Position numbers and translations under genes: made by a program | Part shown: one piece after another, positions 9,777-20,383 of the stretch | Layout: every line of letters starts with the position of its first letter | Position numbering within the stretch: position 1 is the first letter of the stretch | Assembly (NCBI GenBank): GCA_903869075.1 | Contig: CAIPXZ010000765.1 | Span: forward strand, 1-60,004 | Length of the DNA stretch: 60,004 nucleotides | Source: an uncultured Myxococcales bacterium | Lineage (GTDB): Bacteria; Myxococcota_A; UBA9042 | Direction of reading: 5' to 3' | Notes under the pieces: model-generated | The model's database searches: none | Told to the model about the DNA's origin: nothing | The model's input: only the letters and a program-made list of their open reading frames with translations

Positions 9777-11585
9777 TCAGTGGTGATGGTGGTGGTGATC
9801 GTGGCCGTGCGCGTGGCCGTGATCGTGGCCGTGATCATGCGCCGGCGCCTCGTCGTGGCGCTCGCGGTCGTTGAATTCAAGCACCTGGCTGAAGAAACCG
9901 CGCGCGCCCTGGCGCAGCACCGACGCCGCAAACAGCAGCGCCAAGCCCCATGCCGCCGCGACCTGCACCGCGTGCAGGGTCTCGTGGCCCGCCGCCGTCG
10001 CCACCGGCACGTGGTACTCGCCCAGCGCCAGGTTGCACAGGTAGCCCGCCGCCACCGCCAGCAGCGCCATCACCACGCCAAAGCGCAGCGCCACGGGCGT
10101 GCCGTGCAGCCGCGCCAGCACGCCGAAGGTCGAGACGTTCGTCGCCGGTCCGGTCAGCAGCAGCGCCAGCCCGGCGCCGGGCGACACGCCGTTGGCCACC
10201 AGCACGGCCACAAGCGGCGTCGCCCCGGAAGCGCAGACGTAGAGCGGCATCCCCAGCAGCGCAAACAGCGGCACGTCCCAGCCCGGCGGCAGGTGCGCCA
10301 GCAAACCGGCCTTCAGCTCGGGCTCCGCCAGCGCCGCCAGCACCAGCCCCAGCAACAGCCACGGCGCTGTGTGGTCGACGATTTCACCAAAGCCCAGCGC
10401 CAAGCCCTGCCGCAGCCGCGCCGGCCACGCCTGGGTATTCTTGTGCGGCAGGGCGCCATGGCTATGATTGTCGTGTAGCGGCGGCAGCTTGCGGCCGACG
10501 AGCCAGCCAACGCCCAGCGCCACCGCCGCCGCCGCGACGAGCCGCGCCAGCGCCATGTGACCGCCCAGCAGCGGCCAGGACAGCAGGATCGCGTCGAGCC
10601 CCAGCTCCGGCGTCGCCACAAGGAACGCCAGCGCCGCCGCCGCCGGCACTCCCTGCAGCACAAGGCTGCGGTAGACCGGCACGACGCCGCAGGAGCAAAT
10701 CGGCAGCGGCAGACCGAACAGCACGCCGCGCAGCGCCTGCGACAACGGCCCGCCGCGCTGCATCCACGCCGTCGACGCCGCCGGCAGCATCGCCTGCACG
10801 AGCCCAGCGGCGAGGTACGCCAGCAGCAGCGCCGGCGCTGAATCGAGCAAAAAGTGCAGGAAGCCCTGCGCTGCCGCGGCGCCATGCGGGTCGTGGCCCA
10901 GCAGCGCGATGACAACCGCCGCGCCCGCCAGACCGCCCAGGCCGCTCGCCAGCCGCCCGCGGGCGCCGTGCGCGAGGTGCACAAGCGGATGCGGGCGGTG
11001 CATGACAACGTGCAGCAACGAACCGGCGACGAGCGACTCGATCAGCCCCAGCGCCACGCCATCGGGCACCGTCGACGGCCCCGCCGACATGCCGAGGATC
11101 GTCGCCGCCGCCACCAGCCCCAGCGCCAACCCGGCGATCACCCGGCCGTAGGTCGGCCGCAGCAGCCACCAGATCGTCAGGCCTTCGGGCAGCCGGTGCA
11201 GCAGTACGGCCGTCGCCAGCTGCGGCCGCGCGTCACCACCCGCCAGCGCCACGCCGTCCAGCGTCGCGTGCAGGACGAGCCCGGCCATGCCGAGGAACAG
11301 CGCCAACGCGTGCACCTGCTCCGCCGCGCGATGCAGCCCGCGCTCCGCCAGCGACGGGCCGATCAGCCCCAGCAGCACAAGCGGCACCGCCCACATCCCC
11401 GCTTCATCCAGCGCGTGCGGCAGCACGTCGGCGACGACGATGCCGGCCACCGACGTCAACACGAAGCCGTCAAGCCCCTGCAGCGCCGTGGTCTGCAGCC
11501 ACAGCGGCGCCCGCTGGACCCAGGCGAGCAAAGCCGGACCCAGCAGCATCACGCCGAGACTCAGGAGCCAAAGCTGCACGCTCAT
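9777..11585 (-). CDS. fused metal transporter: ZIP-like N-terminal segment plus ArsP/DUF318 (SO_0444-type) permease with His-rich tail
   Basis: 602 aa. N-terminal motifs HATLDGVALAG and HRLPEGLTIW. Permease motifs PICSCGVVPVYRSL and YVCASGATPLV. C-terminus HDHGHDHGHAHGHDHHHHHH. Confidence 0.8.
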   Translation of the reverse strand: MSVQLWLLSLGVMLLGPALLAWVQRAPLWLQTTALQGLDGFVLTSVAGIVVADVLPHALDEAGMWAVPLVLLGLIGPSLAERGLHRAAEQVHALALFLGMAGLVLHATLDGVALAGGDARPQLATAVLLHRLPEGLTIWWLLRPTYGRVIAGLALGLVAAATILGMSAGPSTVPDGVALGLIESLVAGSLLHVVMHRPHPLVHLAHGARGRLASGLGGLAGAAVVIALLGHDPHGAAAAQGFLHFLLDSAPALLLAYLAAGLVQAMLPAASTAWMQRGGPLSQALRGVLFGLPLPICSCGVVPVYRSLVLQGVPAAAALAFLVATPELGLDAILLSWPLLGGHMALARLVAAAAVALGVGWLVGRKLPPLHDNHSHGALPHKNTQAWPARLRQGLALGFGEIVDHTAPWLLLGLVLAALAEPELKAGLLAHLPPGWDVPLFALLGMPLYVCASGATPLVAVLVANGVSPGAGLALLLTGPATNVSTFGVLARLHGTPVALRFGVVMALLAVAAGYLCNLALGEYHVPVATAAGHETLHAVQVAAAWGLALLFAASVLRQGARGFFSQVLEFNDRERHDEAPAHDHGHDHGHAHGHDHHHHHH

Positions 11586-11591
11586 CCGGAG

Positions 11592-12578
11592 CTACTCTTT
11601 GCCGGCCAACCAGCGCGCCGCCTGATGGGCGTAGTACGTCAGGATCATGTCCGCGCCGGCGCGGCGAATCGCCAACAGCGACTCCAGCGCCGCCTTTTTT
11701 TCGTCCAGCCAGCCATTTTGCGCCGCGGCTTTGAGCATCGCGTACTCGCCGGACACCTGGTACGCCGCGACCGGCAGCACCGTCGCCGCGCGCACTTCGG
11801 CGATCACGTCCAGGTACGGTCCCGCCGGCTTGACCATCACCATGTCGGCGCCCTCGGCCTCGTCCAGCGCGACCTCGCGGCGCGACTCGCGGCGGTTGCC
11901 TGGGTCCATCTGGTAGGTCTTTTTGTCGCCAAATTTCGGTGCAGAATCCAAGGCATCGCGGAACGGGCCGTAAAACGCCGAGGCGTACTTGGCGGTGTAG
12001 GCCAAGATCGCCACGTCCTGGAAGCCTTCGGCGTCCAGCGCCGCGCGGATCGCGCCGATGCGGCCGTCCATCATGTCGCTGGGGCTGACGATGTCGGCGC
12101 CGGCGCGAGCGTGGCAAAGTGCCTGTTTGCACAGGATATGCACCGTCTCGTCGTTGATGATGCGGCCGTCTTCGCTCACGACGCCGTCGTGGCCGTCGCT
12201 GTTGTACGGATCCAGCGCGACGTCGGTGATCACGCACAAATCCGGCCATTTTTGCTTGAGGAGCCGCACGGTTTGCGGCACCAGGCCCTGGGCGTTCCAG
12301 CACTCGTCGGCGGTACGGTTCTTCAGCGCTTCGTCGATCGCTGGAAACAGCACGACCGAGGTCACGCCGTCAGCGACGCCAGCCGCGACTTCCTTGAGCA
12401 ACTCCGCGACGGACAAGCGAAAACAGCCGGGCATGGACTTGATGGCCTGGCGGCCCTCACCGGCGTGCAGGAACAGCGGCCAGACCAGCCGGCTGGCTTC
12501 CAGCGTCGTCTCGCGGGCAAAACCGCGCAGCACCGCGTTTTTGCGGTTGCGGCGGGGACGGATCGGCATGTGCAGCAT
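11592..12578 (-). CDS. hemB: porphobilinogen synthase (delta-aminolevulinate dehydratase)
   Basis: 329 aa from MLHMPIRPRRNRKNAVLRGF. The metal site reads DVALDPYNSDGHDG, the Asp-rich Mg-type rather than the Cys-rich Zn-type. The conserved PSDMMDGR and KPAGPYLD regions are present. Confidence 0.93.
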   Translation of the reverse strand: MLHMPIRPRRNRKNAVLRGFARETTLEASRLVWPLFLHAGEGRQAIKSMPGCFRLSVAELLKEVAAGVADGVTSVVLFPAIDEALKNRTADECWNAQGLVPQTVRLLKQKWPDLCVITDVALDPYNSDGHDGVVSEDGRIINDETVHILCKQALCHARAGADIVSPSDMMDGRIGAIRAALDAEGFQDVAILAYTAKYASAFYGPFRDALDSAPKFGDKKTYQMDPGNRRESRREVALDEAEGADMVMVKPAGPYLDVIAEVRAATVLPVAAYQVSGEYAMLKAAAQNGWLDEKKAALESLLAIRRAGADMILTYYAHQAARWLAGKE

Positions 12579-12819
12579 CGGAACCTCGTGGCGCTGATGG
12601 ATGGTCGTAAACCAGCGCGGGCAAGATGATAACCGGATGCGCGCGGGCTGGCGAGGCGAATCCATCTGCGGTTTGTCACGGCATGTCATCAATTGGCGGG
12701 TTGGTCAGTCCAACGCAGCGGGGCGGGTATGTGGCCCGCCCGGAAGCCACAGCCGTCGCCCTGACCCGTTATTTTTCGCCGCTGTTTTGCAGTGCGCCAC
12801 ACCCACGATCGGAGGAATT

Positions 12820-13200
12820 ATGCCGCGCAAGAAAGAGGACCGTGCCCAAGCCCAACGCATCGCCCAGCGCCTCGGTGGTCGCCTGCGCGGCTTGCGCAAA
12901 GCCGGCCATCGCACGCAGGACGAGATCAGCACGGCCATTGGCCTGACGACCGAAGCCTACGCGCGCATCGAGCGCGGGCTGTCTTTGCCCAGCTTTCCGA
13001 CGCTCATGCGCCTGTGCGCCGCGCTGGACACGCGCCCGGACGCGCTGCTGCTCGAGGAGCCGGCGCTCGAAGGCGGCGCTGAGGACGTGACGAGCGAGCT
13101 CGCGGCGTTGAACGGCGAGCTGCGCCACCTGGACGTCAAGGTCGTGCGCGACATCAGCCGGCTGGCGCGGACGCTGCGCTCGGGTGGCTCGCTGGCCTGA
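12820..13200 (+). CDS. XRE-family helix-turn-helix transcriptional regulator
   Basis: 126 aa. GGAGG SD lies 4 nt upstream of ATG 12820. HTH pattern LRKAGHRTQDEISTAIGLTTEAYARIERG. Confidence 0.8.
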   Translation: MPRKKEDRAQAQRIAQRLGGRLRGLRKAGHRTQDEISTAIGLTTEAYARIERGLSLPSFPTLMRLCAALDTRPDALLLEEPALEGGAEDVTSELAALNGELRHLDVKVVRDISRLARTLRSGGSLA

Positions 13201-13233
13201 GGCCACCGCGCAGCGATCAACGCTTGGATTCTG

Positions 13234-13262
13234 TTGCGTTCGCCGCGCATTCGCCGTACACT
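13234..13262 (+). promoter_or_regulatory. promoter candidate for rpsB-tsf (TTGCGT-17 nt-TACACT)
   Basis: TTGCGT at 13234..13239, a 17-nt spacer, then TACACT at 13257..13262, about 175 nt upstream of rpsB. Confidence 0.4.
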
Positions 13263-13404
13263 TTCGCCCCCGACCGCGGGTTTCGCTTGGGCTGTCCACG
13301 CGCAAAACACGGTCGAACCTCGTGAAACGCAAGCGTTTTTCGGGAAAACTTCACGCTTTGACGCCTCCGTGCTGGGATTTCCCGGTGCATGTCAAAGCGG
13401 CAGC

Positions 13405-13420
13405 GCATCCGCTTGGATGC
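13405..13420 (+). promoter_or_regulatory. 5'-UTR stem-loop immediately upstream of the rpsB SD
   Basis: Perfect GCATCC-GCTT-GGATGC hairpin ending 8 nt before GGAG (13429..13432). Function unknown; it could be an r-protein feedback site. Confidence 0.25.
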
Positions 13421-13438
13421 TGGTAAACGGAGCTCGAA

Positions 13439-14305
13439 ATGGCCAATTTGAACGTCACAATCAAAGACATGCTCGAAGCCGGCGCGCACTACGGTCACCA
13501 GACCCGCCGCTGGAACCCGAAGATGAAGCGCTACATCTACGGCGCGCGCAACGGCATTTACATCATCAACCTCGGCAAAACCGCGAAATTGCTGAAGGAT
13601 GCCACCAACTTCCTGTCGCGCATCACCGCGCACGGCCAGCAGGTCCTGTTCGTCGCCACCAAGCGCCAGGCCCGCGACATCGTCCGCGAGGAAGCCGGTC
13701 GCGCCAAGCAGCCCGTCGTCGCCCACCGCTGGCTCGGCGGCACGCTGACCAACTTCCGCACGGTCAAAACGTCGATCGAAAAGCTCAATGAAATCGAGCG
13801 CATGATGAGCCCAGAAATGGCCCATCGCCTGCCGAAGAAAGAGCTGTCGCACCTCGCCAAGCAGCACGCCAAGCTGATGCGCAACCTCGGCGGTCTGCGG
13901 ACGATGCCGGCGATGCCGGGCGCGATCTTCGTTGTTGACCCGGTCGAGGAGCACATCGCGATCGCCGAAGCGCGCCGCCTGGGCATTCCGGTCGTCGGCG
14001 TCTGCGACACCAACGCCGATCCGGACCTCGTCGACTACATCATCCCGGCCAACGACGACGCCATGCGCTCGATTCGCCTGTTCGTCTCGACGGCGGCGGA
14101 AGCGTGCATCACCGGCGCGGCGTCCAGCAGCCAGGCGTTCAGCCGCGACTTCGACGGCAGCGTGAGCCCGACCGGCGCGGCGCTGGAGAACGTCGAGATC
14201 ATCCGCAAGCCGCGTCACGCGGACGCGGTGGTTGAAGCCGTCAGCGACATCGATGTGGACGCGGAAGAAGCCGCGATCGACGCCGCGGACGACGAGGAAG
14301 CGTAA
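13439..14305 (+). CDS. rpsB: 30S ribosomal protein S2
   Basis: 288 aa, MANLNVTIKDMLEAGAHYGHQTRRWNPKM..., with an acidic C-terminal extension. Confidence 0.97.
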   Translation: MANLNVTIKDMLEAGAHYGHQTRRWNPKMKRYIYGARNGIYIINLGKTAKLLKDATNFLSRITAHGQQVLFVATKRQARDIVREEAGRAKQPVVAHRWLGGTLTNFRTVKTSIEKLNEIERMMSPEMAHRLPKKELSHLAKQHAKLMRNLGGLRTMPAMPGAIFVVDPVEEHIAIAEARRLGIPVVGVCDTNADPDLVDYIIPANDDAMRSIRLFVSTAAEACITGAASSSQAFSRDFDGSVSPTGAALENVEIIRKPRHADAVVEAVSDIDVDAEEAAIDAADDEEA

Positions 14306-14399
14306 GCCCGCCCTCCGCCTCAGAAACCAGCGTTTGACGCTCAACCAAAAACTTTGACGAGGGACCGGCCGAGCGCCGCGCCCCGACCTGGAGACCACC

Positions 14400-15065
14400 A
14401 TGACTGTCGCGATTACCGCAACGATGATCAAGGAACTGCGCGATGCCACCGGCGCGCCGATGGGCGACTGCAAAAAGGCGCTGACTGAGAGCAACGGCGA
14501 CCAGAAGGCCGCTTCCGAGTACCTGCAGAAGAAGTCGCTGGCGACCGCGCAGAAGAAGTCCGGCCGCGTCGCGGTGGAAGGCCGCGTGTCCAGCTACGTG
14601 CACCACGACGGCAAGTCGGGGGCGATCATCGAAGTGAACTGCGAGTCGGATTTCGTCGCCAATACGCCGGAATTCGAGGAGTTGGTGCGCAGCTTCTGCC
14701 TGCAGATCGTGGCGATGCGGCCGGAGTACGTGCGCAAGGAGGACATCCCCTCGGACGTGCTGCGCAACCAGCGCGCGATCTTTGAGCAGCAGGTCCGCGA
14801 GATGGGCAAGCCGGAGAACCTGGTGCCGAAGATCGCCGAGGGCAAGCTCGCGGCGTGGTACGGCGACATCTGCCTGCTGGAGCAGCCGTACATCAAGGAC
14901 GAAAAAGGCACGTCGATCGCCAAGTTCCTCGCCGAGCGGATCGCCAAGACCGGCGAGAACATCGTCGTGCGCCGCTTCTCGCGCTTTGAGCTGGGCGAAG
15001 GCCTGGCCAAGAAGGAAGACGACTTTGTCGCCGAAGTCGAGCGGATGGCGCAGGGTCAGGCGTGA
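14400..15065 (+). CDS. tsf: translation elongation factor Ts (short form)
   Basis: 221 aa, ITATMIKELRDATGAPMGDCKKAL..., with a UBA-like N-terminus. Immediately follows rpsB. Confidence 0.95.
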   Translation: MTVAITATMIKELRDATGAPMGDCKKALTESNGDQKAASEYLQKKSLATAQKKSGRVAVEGRVSSYVHHDGKSGAIIEVNCESDFVANTPEFEELVRSFCLQIVAMRPEYVRKEDIPSDVLRNQRAIFEQQVREMGKPENLVPKIAEGKLAAWYGDICLLEQPYIKDEKGTSIAKFLAERIAKTGENIVVRRFSRFELGEGLAKKEDDFVAEVERMAQGQA

Positions 15066-15100
15066 GCGTAAGTTGGCGTTGACCTGAAGAAAATGCCGGC

Positions 15101-15132
15101 GCAGCATCCGATCCGAGGTGATTGGATGCTGC
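15101..15132 (+). promoter_or_regulatory. 9-bp perfect inverted repeat enclosing the SD and start codon of the next gene
   Basis: GCAGCATCC (15101..15109) and GGATGCTGC (15124..15132). The loop contains GAGGTG and the 3' arm contains ATG 15126. Confidence 0.25.
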
Positions 15133-16982
15133 GTTGGCGTTTTTGGCTGTGGGCGACGGCGTTGGCGGCTTGCGGGTCACCAGCGCCGGCAGCGATCGGC
15201 GATGCGCTGAGCGAGGATGCGCTGGACGTGGCCGCGGTCGTGACGGCGGACGCCGCGTGTGCGCCGCACCTCGCCGTGGACCCACCGGCGCTGACGTTTC
15301 CCTACCTGCCGGCGGGCTCCGAGACCCTCGGCGTCGTGACGCTGCGCAACCAGGGCGACTGCCCGCTGGTGTGCTCGGCGTTCACGTTCACGGCGAGCGC
15401 GCCCGTGTTCGCGGTTGTGCTGGGCGCAATGACGGAGTTCCTGCCCGCTGCCGGCCCAGTGACGCTGGCGCCACCGCTGACCGTTCCCGCGGGCAGCGTG
15501 CTTGACGTCCAAGTCACGGCCAAGGCGACCGACGCCAAGCTGCAGACCGCGACGCTGACGCTGTTTTGCGACGATCCCAGCCAGCCCAACGGCACGCCGG
15601 TCGCGATCCAGCTCAACTCCGCGCCGTCGTGCCTGCAGCTGGTGCCCAGCGACGTAGTCTTTGGCGGCACGACGGTCGGCACGCAGTCCAACCAGACGGT
15701 GCAGCTGATGAACCCGACAGGCGCCAGCCAGTGCGTGACAGCGATCGCGCTGGCGGGCGCCACGACGGCCACATTCTCGCTTGATTTTAAGCAGTTGCAG
15801 AGCGCCTGCCCGCAGCTGGACCCGGCTGTCGGGCCAACGAGCGCGCAGCCGTGCTGCCTGAGCGCGGGGGCGAAGGCGGCGCTGACGGTCCGCTACGCAC
15901 CGACAATTGCCAGCGCGGCGGGCAAGGACGACACGGCGACGCTGCAGGTCACGGTTGCCGACGCGGCGTGCCCGCCGGCGGTGGGCAGCGTCGCTGGCTT
16001 TACGGTGCCGGGTCCGGCGTGTCCGGTGGCGGTGATCACGGTGGCTGAAGGCGACGAGGTCGTGCCGCAGTCGACGCTGCACTTGAAAGGCGATGCCTCG
16101 ACCGGCGCCAACGGCGCGGCGATCAAGAGCTACACGTGGACGGCCAAGCAGCCCGCCGGTTCGGCCAAGGGCTTTGTGCCCAGCAGCACCTTTCCCAACC
16201 CGACGTTCACCCCCGATGCTGCCGGCGAGTACGAATTCTGCCTGGACGTGGTGGATGCCAACGGCGTGAAGTCCTGCCAGCAGACCTGCCAAAAAGTGCT
16301 TGTGGTGCCGAACAATGCCGTGCACATCGAGCTGCTGTGGGACACGCCGGCGGACCCGGATCAGACCGATACCGGCCCCGCGGCGGGCGCGGACCTGGAC
16401 CTGCACTTTGCCAACTACCTGGCGACTGGCGTCGATCTGGACTGCGATGGCACCGGCGATCCGTGGTTCAACGACCCGTTTGACTGTTTTTGGTACAACC
16501 CGATGCCGCAGTGGGGCTCGGCCAACACCGCGATCAAAGATGACCCGACGATGGATCTGGACGACACCGACGGTGCCGGTCCGGAGAACCTGAATTTGGA
16601 GCATCCGGAGGGCGATCCGTCGCTGCCGCGCTGGTACGACATCGGCGTTCACTACTGGAATGACCACGGCTACGGCGTTTCGTACGCGACGATCACCGTC
16701 TATCTATTTGGCGCCGTGGCGCTGAAGATCGACAAAATCTCGATGAATCCCTTGGACATGTGGAACGTCGGCAAGCTCAACTGGCCCAACCAGCTGACCG
16801 GCACCAGCATGCCGCCGCTGACCGTTTGCTACCAGACCCCGGGCAGCAAGCCGGGCGACGTCTGCGCCGGCACCGCCAAGATGTGGCAGCCCAAGGGCGA
16901 ATGGTGCATCACGCCGTGCTACGCCAACCCGAAATTCGTCAAGTCCGTCGGCGGCGGTGCGATACCCGCGGGCTGCCCGTGA
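15126..16982 (+). CDS. secreted lipoprotein with Ig-like (ASH/choice-of-anchor-D-type) modules, a PKD-like module and a DUF2135/YfaP-like C-terminal domain
   Basis: 618 aa from MLRWRFWLWATALAAC|GS. PKD-like YTWTAKQP...GEYEFCLDVVDANG. C-terminal pattern VHIELLWDTPADPDQTD...DLDLHF...DLDDTDGAGPENL. Confidence 0.8.
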   Translation: MLRWRFWLWATALAACGSPAPAAIGDALSEDALDVAAVVTADAACAPHLAVDPPALTFPYLPAGSETLGVVTLRNQGDCPLVCSAFTFTASAPVFAVVLGAMTEFLPAAGPVTLAPPLTVPAGSVLDVQVTAKATDAKLQTATLTLFCDDPSQPNGTPVAIQLNSAPSCLQLVPSDVVFGGTTVGTQSNQTVQLMNPTGASQCVTAIALAGATTATFSLDFKQLQSACPQLDPAVGPTSAQPCCLSAGAKAALTVRYAPTIASAAGKDDTATLQVTVADAACPPAVGSVAGFTVPGPACPVAVITVAEGDEVVPQSTLHLKGDASTGANGAAIKSYTWTAKQPAGSAKGFVPSSTFPNPTFTPDAAGEYEFCLDVVDANGVKSCQQTCQKVLVVPNNAVHIELLWDTPADPDQTDTGPAAGADLDLHFANYLATGVDLDCDGTGDPWFNDPFDCFWYNPMPQWGSANTAIKDDPTMDLDDTDGAGPENLNLEHPEGDPSLPRWYDIGVHYWNDHGYGVSYATITVYLFGAVALKIDKISMNPLDMWNVGKLNWPNQLTGTSMPPLTVCYQTPGSKPGDVCAGTAKMWQPKGEWCITPCYANPKFVKSVGGGAIPAGCP

Positions 16983-17882
<900 letters not shown>

Positions 17883-17900
17883 GCCAAGGACGAGGACGAG

Positions 17901-18449
17901 ATGGAACAGGAAATCCTGGATGAGCTGCACGACCGCCTGAACCAGGCGTTTGACGCTTTCAAGCGGGAAACCAATAAGTTGCGGACCGGGCGCGCCAACG
18001 CCGGGCTGCTCGACGGCGTGCGCATCGAGTATTACGGCCAGGAGTCGGCGCTGAGCGGCGTCTCGACGATTTCCGTTGTCGACGCGCGGCTTTTGCAGGT
18101 CAAGCCGTGGGACCGGAACATGTGCGGGCCGATCGAGAAGGCGCTGCTGGCGGCCAATTTGGGCTTGACGCCGGCGAACCGCGGCGACGTCGTGCTGGTG
18201 CCCGTGCCGGCGCCGACGGGCGACCGCCGGCGAGAAATGGTCAAGATGCTCAAGCACTTGGGTGAAGAGGCCAAGATCTCGATCCGCAACGCCCGCCGTG
18301 ACGCGATGGACATGATCGAGTTGGTCGAGGACATGCCGGAAGACGACGTGACGCGCGCCAAGAAAAAAGTGCAGGACACGATCGACGCCGGCGGCAAGCG
18401 CATCGACCAGTTCATCATCGAGAAAGAGGCCGAGATCCTCGAGGTCTAG
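17901..18449 (+). CDS. frr: ribosome recycling factor
   Basis: 182 aa, ...LRTGRANAGLLDGVRIEYYG...ISIRNARRDA.... Confidence 0.96.
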   Translation: MEQEILDELHDRLNQAFDAFKRETNKLRTGRANAGLLDGVRIEYYGQESALSGVSTISVVDARLLQVKPWDRNMCGPIEKALLAANLGLTPANRGDVVLVPVPAPTGDRRREMVKMLKHLGEEAKISIRNARRDAMDMIELVEDMPEDDVTRAKKKVQDTIDAGGKRIDQFIIEKEAEILEV

Positions 18450-18452
18450 CCG

Positions 18453-19187
18453 TCAGGACGTGCGCGCCTCGCGCCGCAGCGCCGCCAACCAAAGCTCAAT
18501 AAATTCAGCGAGTCGCTGATGACACGCGCGCTGAAACGCCGTCGCAAATGGGTGGCCCTGGCGCATCGCCGCGTACAGCCCGGTCAGGCCAACGGTGCCA
18601 AAACGATCATGCCACGCCGTGAACAGGTGCGCCGCCAGCGCGTACGCTGCCGCCGGATCGCGGGCGATCTGCGCATCATCGGCGTTGGGCAGCTGCGGCA
18701 AGTCCGGGTGCTTGGCCAGCGCGCGGCGCGCCTGCGGCTCCGGCCGACCGTGCGCGACATAGAGCGCCAGGCCCTCGCGAAACCACGTCGGCAGGTACGG
18801 CACGCGGCCGTGCGGCGGCGTACAGCGCTGAAAACATTGGACATGCGCCAGCTCGTGCAGCAGCAGCACCCGCAGCTCCTCCGGCGCTTCTGGCGGCCAC
18901 AGCACAACGCTGTCGAGCGCCGCGACGGCGCGCAGCTCGGTTCGCGACGGCTGGGTCAGCTGCGCGTGCAGCGCGGCCGGGTCGGCGACCGTCTGAATCC
19001 GCACCGGCTGGCGAAAACGCCCCCACGGCCGCAGCGGCTCGGTCAGCGCCTCGACATTCGCCAGCAGATACGCGCGGGTAGCCGCATCGAGGTCGTCCGG
19101 CAGCTGCAGCACGCAGCCCGGCGCAGCGGTGGCAAGGGTTTGGAACGCGTCGTTGGGTTTCGCCTGCATGGTCGGCAATGCTAGCAT
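18453..19187 (-). CDS. putative zinc metallopeptidase-like protein (HExxH)
   Basis: 244 aa. LLHELAHV with downstream FREGLALY, MA-clan like. No signal peptide is evident. Confidence 0.55.
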   Translation of the reverse strand: MLALPTMQAKPNDAFQTLATAAPGCVLQLPDDLDAATRAYLLANVEALTEPLRPWGRFRQPVRIQTVADPAALHAQLTQPSRTELRAVAALDSVVLWPPEAPEELRVLLLHELAHVQCFQRCTPPHGRVPYLPTWFREGLALYVAHGRPEPQARRALAKHPDLPQLPNADDAQIARDPAAAYALAAHLFTAWHDRFGTVGLTGLYAAMRQGHPFATAFQRACHQRLAEFIELWLAALRREARTS

Positions 19188-19229
19188 CCGCCGCGCGCGG
19201 AGCGATACAAGCTGGCGCAGGGAGTGGCG

Positions 19230-20303
19230 ATGGCGGTCTCAGGGACGCGGATTGCGCGGGTGGAGAGTGATTCCTGGCAGCTTGTGCGCAAGGCGGACGG
19301 CACGGTGGCGCGCATCGGCGTGACGCTGGGCGACGCGGCGGGCATCGGCCCGGAGGTGCTCATCCAGGCGCTGCTGCACACGCACATGCACCGGCGCGTG
19401 GAGCTGCAGCTGTTCGTCGCCGCCGAGCTGGCGCCGTGGCTGCGCGCGGCGTGCGAGCGCTTTGGCCTGCCACTGGTGCCGCGCAAGGGCCTGCCGGGGC
19501 TGGCGCTGATCGCCGTCGGCCAACCGGGTGAGCCGGGGACGGCGGTGCCGGAGCCGGGCATCAGCACGCTGCGCAGCCGCCAGCAGGCGTTCCAGGCGCT
19601 CGAGGCGATGGCGCACGCGGCGCTGCGCGGTGAGATCGACGCGATGGTGACGGGGCCGGTGCCGAAGGGCATTTTTGACCATCTGGATCCGCGGCCGCCG
19701 GGGCAGACGGAATTCCTCGCTGACACGCTGAAGGCGCCGCGGTTCGCGATGATGCTGGCGGGGCCGCGGCTGCGCGTGGTGCCGGTGACCACGCACGTGG
19801 CGCTGCGGGACGTGGCGCGGCTGCTGACGACCGAGCGCATCGTCAACTGCGGGCTGGCGGCGGCGGACGCGCTGACGCGCTGGATGGACATCCGTGAGCC
19901 GCGGCTGGCGGTGTGCGGCCTCAATCCGCACGCGGGCGAGGGCGGCCGGCTGGGCGACGAGGAGGCGCGCATCATCGCGCCGGCGGTGCACGAGCTGCGG
20001 ATGCTGGGGCTGGAGGTAGACGGCCCGGTCGTCGCCGACACGGTGTTCCATCGCGCCATCACGGGCCGCTACGACGCGGTGCTGTGCATGTACCACGACC
20101 AGGCGCTGGGGCCGCTGAAGACCGTGCACTTCCACGACGCCTGCAACTTGACGTGCGGGCTGTCCGTGCCGCGCATCTCGCCCGATCACGGCACGGCGTA
20201 CGACATCGCCGGCAAGGGCATCGCCGATGCCGCGAGCATGATCCAGGCGCTGTTGCGCGCGGAAGCCATTGCCGTGCCGCGCGGGCCGACGGCCAGCACC
20301 TGA
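19230..20303 (+). CDS. pdxA: 4-hydroxythreonine-4-phosphate dehydrogenase
   Basis: ITLGD-AGIGPE-type motif (GVTLGDAAGIGPEV), GLNPHAGEGG, and SPDHGTAYDIAGKG. ATG 19230 has a GGGAG SD. GTG 19224 or GTG 19305 are alternative starts. Confidence 0.9.
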   Translation: MAVSGTRIARVESDSWQLVRKADGTVARIGVTLGDAAGIGPEVLIQALLHTHMHRRVELQLFVAAELAPWLRAACERFGLPLVPRKGLPGLALIAVGQPGEPGTAVPEPGISTLRSRQQAFQALEAMAHAALRGEIDAMVTGPVPKGIFDHLDPRPPGQTEFLADTLKAPRFAMMLAGPRLRVVPVTTHVALRDVARLLTTERIVNCGLAAADALTRWMDIREPRLAVCGLNPHAGEGGRLGDEEARIIAPAVHELRMLGLEVDGPVVADTVFHRAITGRYDAVLCMYHDQALGPLKTVHFHDACNLTCGLSVPRISPDHGTAYDIAGKGIADAASMIQALLRAEAIAVPRGPTAST

Positions 20304-20383
20304 CAAAGCCGGTGAATCAGGACTTGACCGCAGCGCCAACGGGCGCAAAGTACACCGACAAGCGCGCTGCGCAGGGGGAAAAG

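Noticed and set aside
12721-12741. 7-bp GC hairpin (GGGCGGG-TATGTGG-CCCGCCC) in the hemB/XRE divergent region as a small RNA or terminator
   Set aside because: There is no adjacent T-run (the nearest is about 30 nt away) and no promoter-like element. The evidence is insufficient.
12820-13200. XRE-family regulator as the antitoxin of a toxin-antitoxin or phage-like module
   Set aside because: No small partner ORF with coding character is adjacent. The flanks are hemB and the rpsB promoter region.
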